In this document: positions 60,642 to 64,000 of the stretch, in pieces | Numbering within the stretch: the stretch's first letter is position 1 | How the letters are laid out: the number at the start of each line of letters is the position of its first letter | Position numbers and translations under genes: made by a program | The notes under the pieces: generated by a model | What the model was told of the DNA's origin: nothing | The model's database searches: none | What the model saw: only the letters and a program-made list of their open reading frames with translations | Assembly (NCBI RefSeq): GCF_040938485.1 | Contig: NW_027271547.1 | Span: forward strand, 62,001-126,000 | DNA: 64,000 nt | Source: Diadema antillarum | Lineage: Eukaryota | Reading direction: 5' to 3'

Positions 60642-63600
60642 TAATAACAACCTTTGTTTGAAAGGTATGCGTAAAATTTGGTTACGAAAACCACCCCGAG
60701 TATCACGATGATTACGATGACAGGAAGGGAAAGAAACTCGCGCAATAATAGTAACTTCGTTTGAGGGTTTTTTTCGAAGTTACAGACATTTTAATCCGAT
60801 ATGAGACCAAGACACATGTTATCATTGTAGCATCTTTCTGCAATCAACGGATAATAAGTTAGACAATGAATCGCGTACATAAGGTGACATCGGGCGCAGT
60901 ATTTTTTTTTTGGGTGGGGGGGGGGGGGCGGCAAAAGTTTTCGGCGCTTTCAGATTTTACGCAAGAAAGTGCCGAATGCGGAACTAAAAACGACTAAATT
61001 CGTCACTGTCAGTGAAGCGTAATGAGCAACAAAGAGTGTCCATGACGCCCTTTCAACCGTCCCTCCAATCCCTCTTTCGGCTTTCTATCTCTCTATCTCT
61101 CTTTTTCTCTCTCTTTATCTATTTGCTTTTCTTTTACTTACTTACTTACTTTCTTTCTTTCTTTCTAATCTTTAAGCCATTTATCTACTTATGAAAGATC
61201 TCTCTCTCCAGGAGAGGTATGGCAAAGTTTCAATCTCTCCTTGTGTACCTACTTTTCTTGTCTATTAATTCACATTTCTCTCCTTCTCTCGGAAACTTTT
61301 AATCTCTTTCTTTTCACCAAGTTATCTACGTTATAATCTTTGTTAATCAAATCTTACTGCTTTCCCTATCTCCCATTTGCCCTTAACTTGGGATACTCCA
61401 TGCCACCTGCCCCAAGGTGATCGACAATCTTAGCTTATTTCTCTTGTCGTCTGAACATTACCCGCCAAATTCGTTTAGGTGCGCATACTATCAAGTTGTT
61501 CTTGACTTTCTTTTAGCTGATATAGGTCAAAATAATTGTAGAAAACTCATCAACCCAGTATTGCTCTATTTAGCTGCCAATTTGGAAATGAACACGCTTA
61601 TGGTGAGCTCCTGAATAAAGTTTTTATGTTTGTAAATAAAGTTAAAGATGTCTGACAAGCAGTAAGCAACCACGTTACGATAATGTGTGGGTTTTTTTCG
61701 TAAAATCTGACAATCAATACTTCGTAAAGTATTATAGGTAACCTCGATCCTGGTTCTCCTCGTACTGCCCCTTGGCTATCCGTCATGAGTCTGTGTCGTT
61801 ACACAAATTATGAAAGTCGTTTCAATATCTGGGTAAGATTATAATGGCGAATATGGCATTGATTACTTTTTATAGCTTGCCGGAAGACGCCAGAGAAACC
61901 GTGCTCGCCTCTGTAATCCTTCACTAGTCAGTTGTTGTTGTTGTTGTTGTTTTAGATTGTGGAGCTCTCTGCCGGGTGGGCAATTTGCTCCAAAAATATA
62001 ATTATTCAGATATGCCTGAAATTTAATTATAAAAACCTAAAATACTTTAAATTATTTACAAAAAACCAAATTACATTTATTTTTATATTTACAATGATAT
62101 ATATACATCGGAAGGAAGGGGACAGGGTTCCGGAAATGATGTCATCTGCCTAGTCAGGGTTCTTCCCTTGTCATTTAAAGTTATCGGCTTATCAGACCGA
62201 GCCTCTGTTCCGCTTCAAGTCCTTTGGATGCGGTTCTCTTGGGAGAACGCACCACCAATCGATAACGAGCTTGCGCGCATGCGCTTTGCATTGGCCATCA
62301 TACCAGATAAGAGCTTTCTCTGAAGACTGGCTGATGGCGTTGCGCATGCTCCCGAAACCATACAAGAGTTTGGCCATTCAAGACTTGATTGAAACACGAA
62401 CAGAGGGTTGGGTGGAGATCTGTTTGTAAGTTCTGTCATGAATCAGCTTGCAACAGCAATCGAGTCTTACGAATCGGACTCTTATGTCTTCGCTGTCTGG
62501 TCCTCTAGAGGAGGCCCAAAGCCTTTGGTAGCTCGCCCATAACTATCAGCATCTTAAAATATATTGCTTGCTCACTGGCAGTGTTAAATGAATCCAAATG
62601 TACAAACACACAGTAAACCCGACTGCATTTTTGATAACAAAAGCTTTCTCCGACTAAACCTGTTTGATTTCTTTTTTTACCTGAGCGATACCTTTTTTTT
62701 CATATCAGTATAATGCTTGATTAATTCATAACCACGCCGACATCTAAGTTCTTGAATCGTATTAACTCGGCCAGTGCAATAACATTTTTGCTTTAGTGAG
62801 TTCACATGAAGTGCTTCCGATCGGTATTAAGTTTCCGTATAGGATTTTTTTTTTTTTTTGGGGGGGGGGGGTTGTTTTTGGTTAATCTTTTTCCTACTTT
62901 TAAGAACGTTTTTATTTTCATCAATGTATCATATCTTCCTTGAACTTAGGTTACGTATCCAGTATTATAAGGAAGAGGCTGACCTGTCTTTGGGACTGTC
63001 GATTCTGCTTCTGCTATGCAACCCTGGGCAGTTCTGCTTTGTTTTTAATTTAAAATTTGTTTACTTTGGACGTTGGATGTCTATGCGGCGAGATTAGAAG
63101 GAGTTACCAATATTGTTACATGAATGGTTCTCCCTCTGTTTTGTCAATCTATTTTATCTCTTCTCTCTTCCTTCCCTCTTTCTCTCTCGCTTGCACCTTT
63201 TAGGGTTTTTTTTTTTCCGGTCTCTTTCAGGCCTACATCTTGTTCCTCTCTTTTCATAGTTTTTTTCTTGCCCCTCTTCTCCTTTTTTCTTTCATTCCTC
63301 TTTTTTTTTTGTCCTTGATCCCCGGCAGAATTTAAACACAATAAAGCAATATTCCATGAATGAATATCAACGTATCTTTCTATCTAGAACACGTGCTTTT
63401 TCCGTGGACCCTGCCCACTGCCCAGAATACGGAGGCATCAACCCCCTTCGAGATAGTTTGAGAGTTGAATCTGATAAAAATCAACTGAAACAATATGCTT
63501 TTATTTCCTCGTTGTAACTCTTTTAATTTCCTGGTTACTTTGAGTGTCTTTTGGCTCCAGTTATCATGGTACTCTGATCATTGTCTAGAATAATATCACG

Positions 63601-64000
63601 GGAGCGATAAGAAATCAGTTCTCTCTGAACTTTATGAGATTGCTGAGGACAGACTAATAAAATGTTAAAGAAATTGTGGCACGTACCTAAGGTCACTTTG
63701 TTTGAATAGCTTTCCGTTGTTTCTTTTTTAACTAGTCTCGTGTCATCCGGTCGACATGTTTACGTTTGGTGGCATTTCATGTAGTAGTGACGGACTTTTA
63801 GTGCACATTTTGCAATTATAGGCAATCCCTTTTCCAGCTTTTGTGACATAAAGGACACAAAGGGACACTAAAGGACAAAATCGACTGGCGTTCTCCCTCT
63901 AATCGCGAAGGTTTTCTACTGATGTAATAAATAGTTTAAATTTGGAAAGAAGCTGAGGAGGAAAATAATTGGTGTTAGTAGGTTTGTGATATTTTGGGGG

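Noticed and set aside
62192-62439. Minus-strand ORFs in intron 1 of copy F as a nested gene
   Set aside because: Short, with no recognisable motifs or splice support.
63385-63420. Possible exon 2 of copy F (…CCGTGGACC resembles PWT)
   Set aside because: No RLPxRxG upstream or GKWHLG downstream in any consistent frame; chance match.

Overview
AT-rich, intron-containing animal genomic DNA, most likely a sea urchin (echinoid); two N-gaps at 22627-22799 and 51417-51594. The window holds a tandem cluster of secreted arylsulfatase (Ars, sulfatase S1 family) genes. Four six-exon copies lie head-to-tail on the minus strand: A (382-6344, in-frame TAA in exon 5) and B, C, D (open reading frames). A partial copy E (exons 1-2) comes from a nearly identical 4.3-kb tandem duplication. 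Exon 1 of a more divergent copy F is on the plus strand (59747-60092) and runs off the window. The intergenic DNA is TE-rich: MITEs, tRNA-derived SINEs, LINE 3' ends and microsatellites. The most unusual structure is at 54012-58398. Three copies of a ~1.46-kb non-autonomous DNA transposon (TIR CAGTCAGTCCGCAGCG, 4-bp TSDs) are nested, with two inverted copies inside a third. The 23 bp of host-element DNA between them is flipped, as expected from alternative-end (hybrid-element, double-Ds-like) transposition. All coordinates and comparisons were read by eye; no database searches were run.
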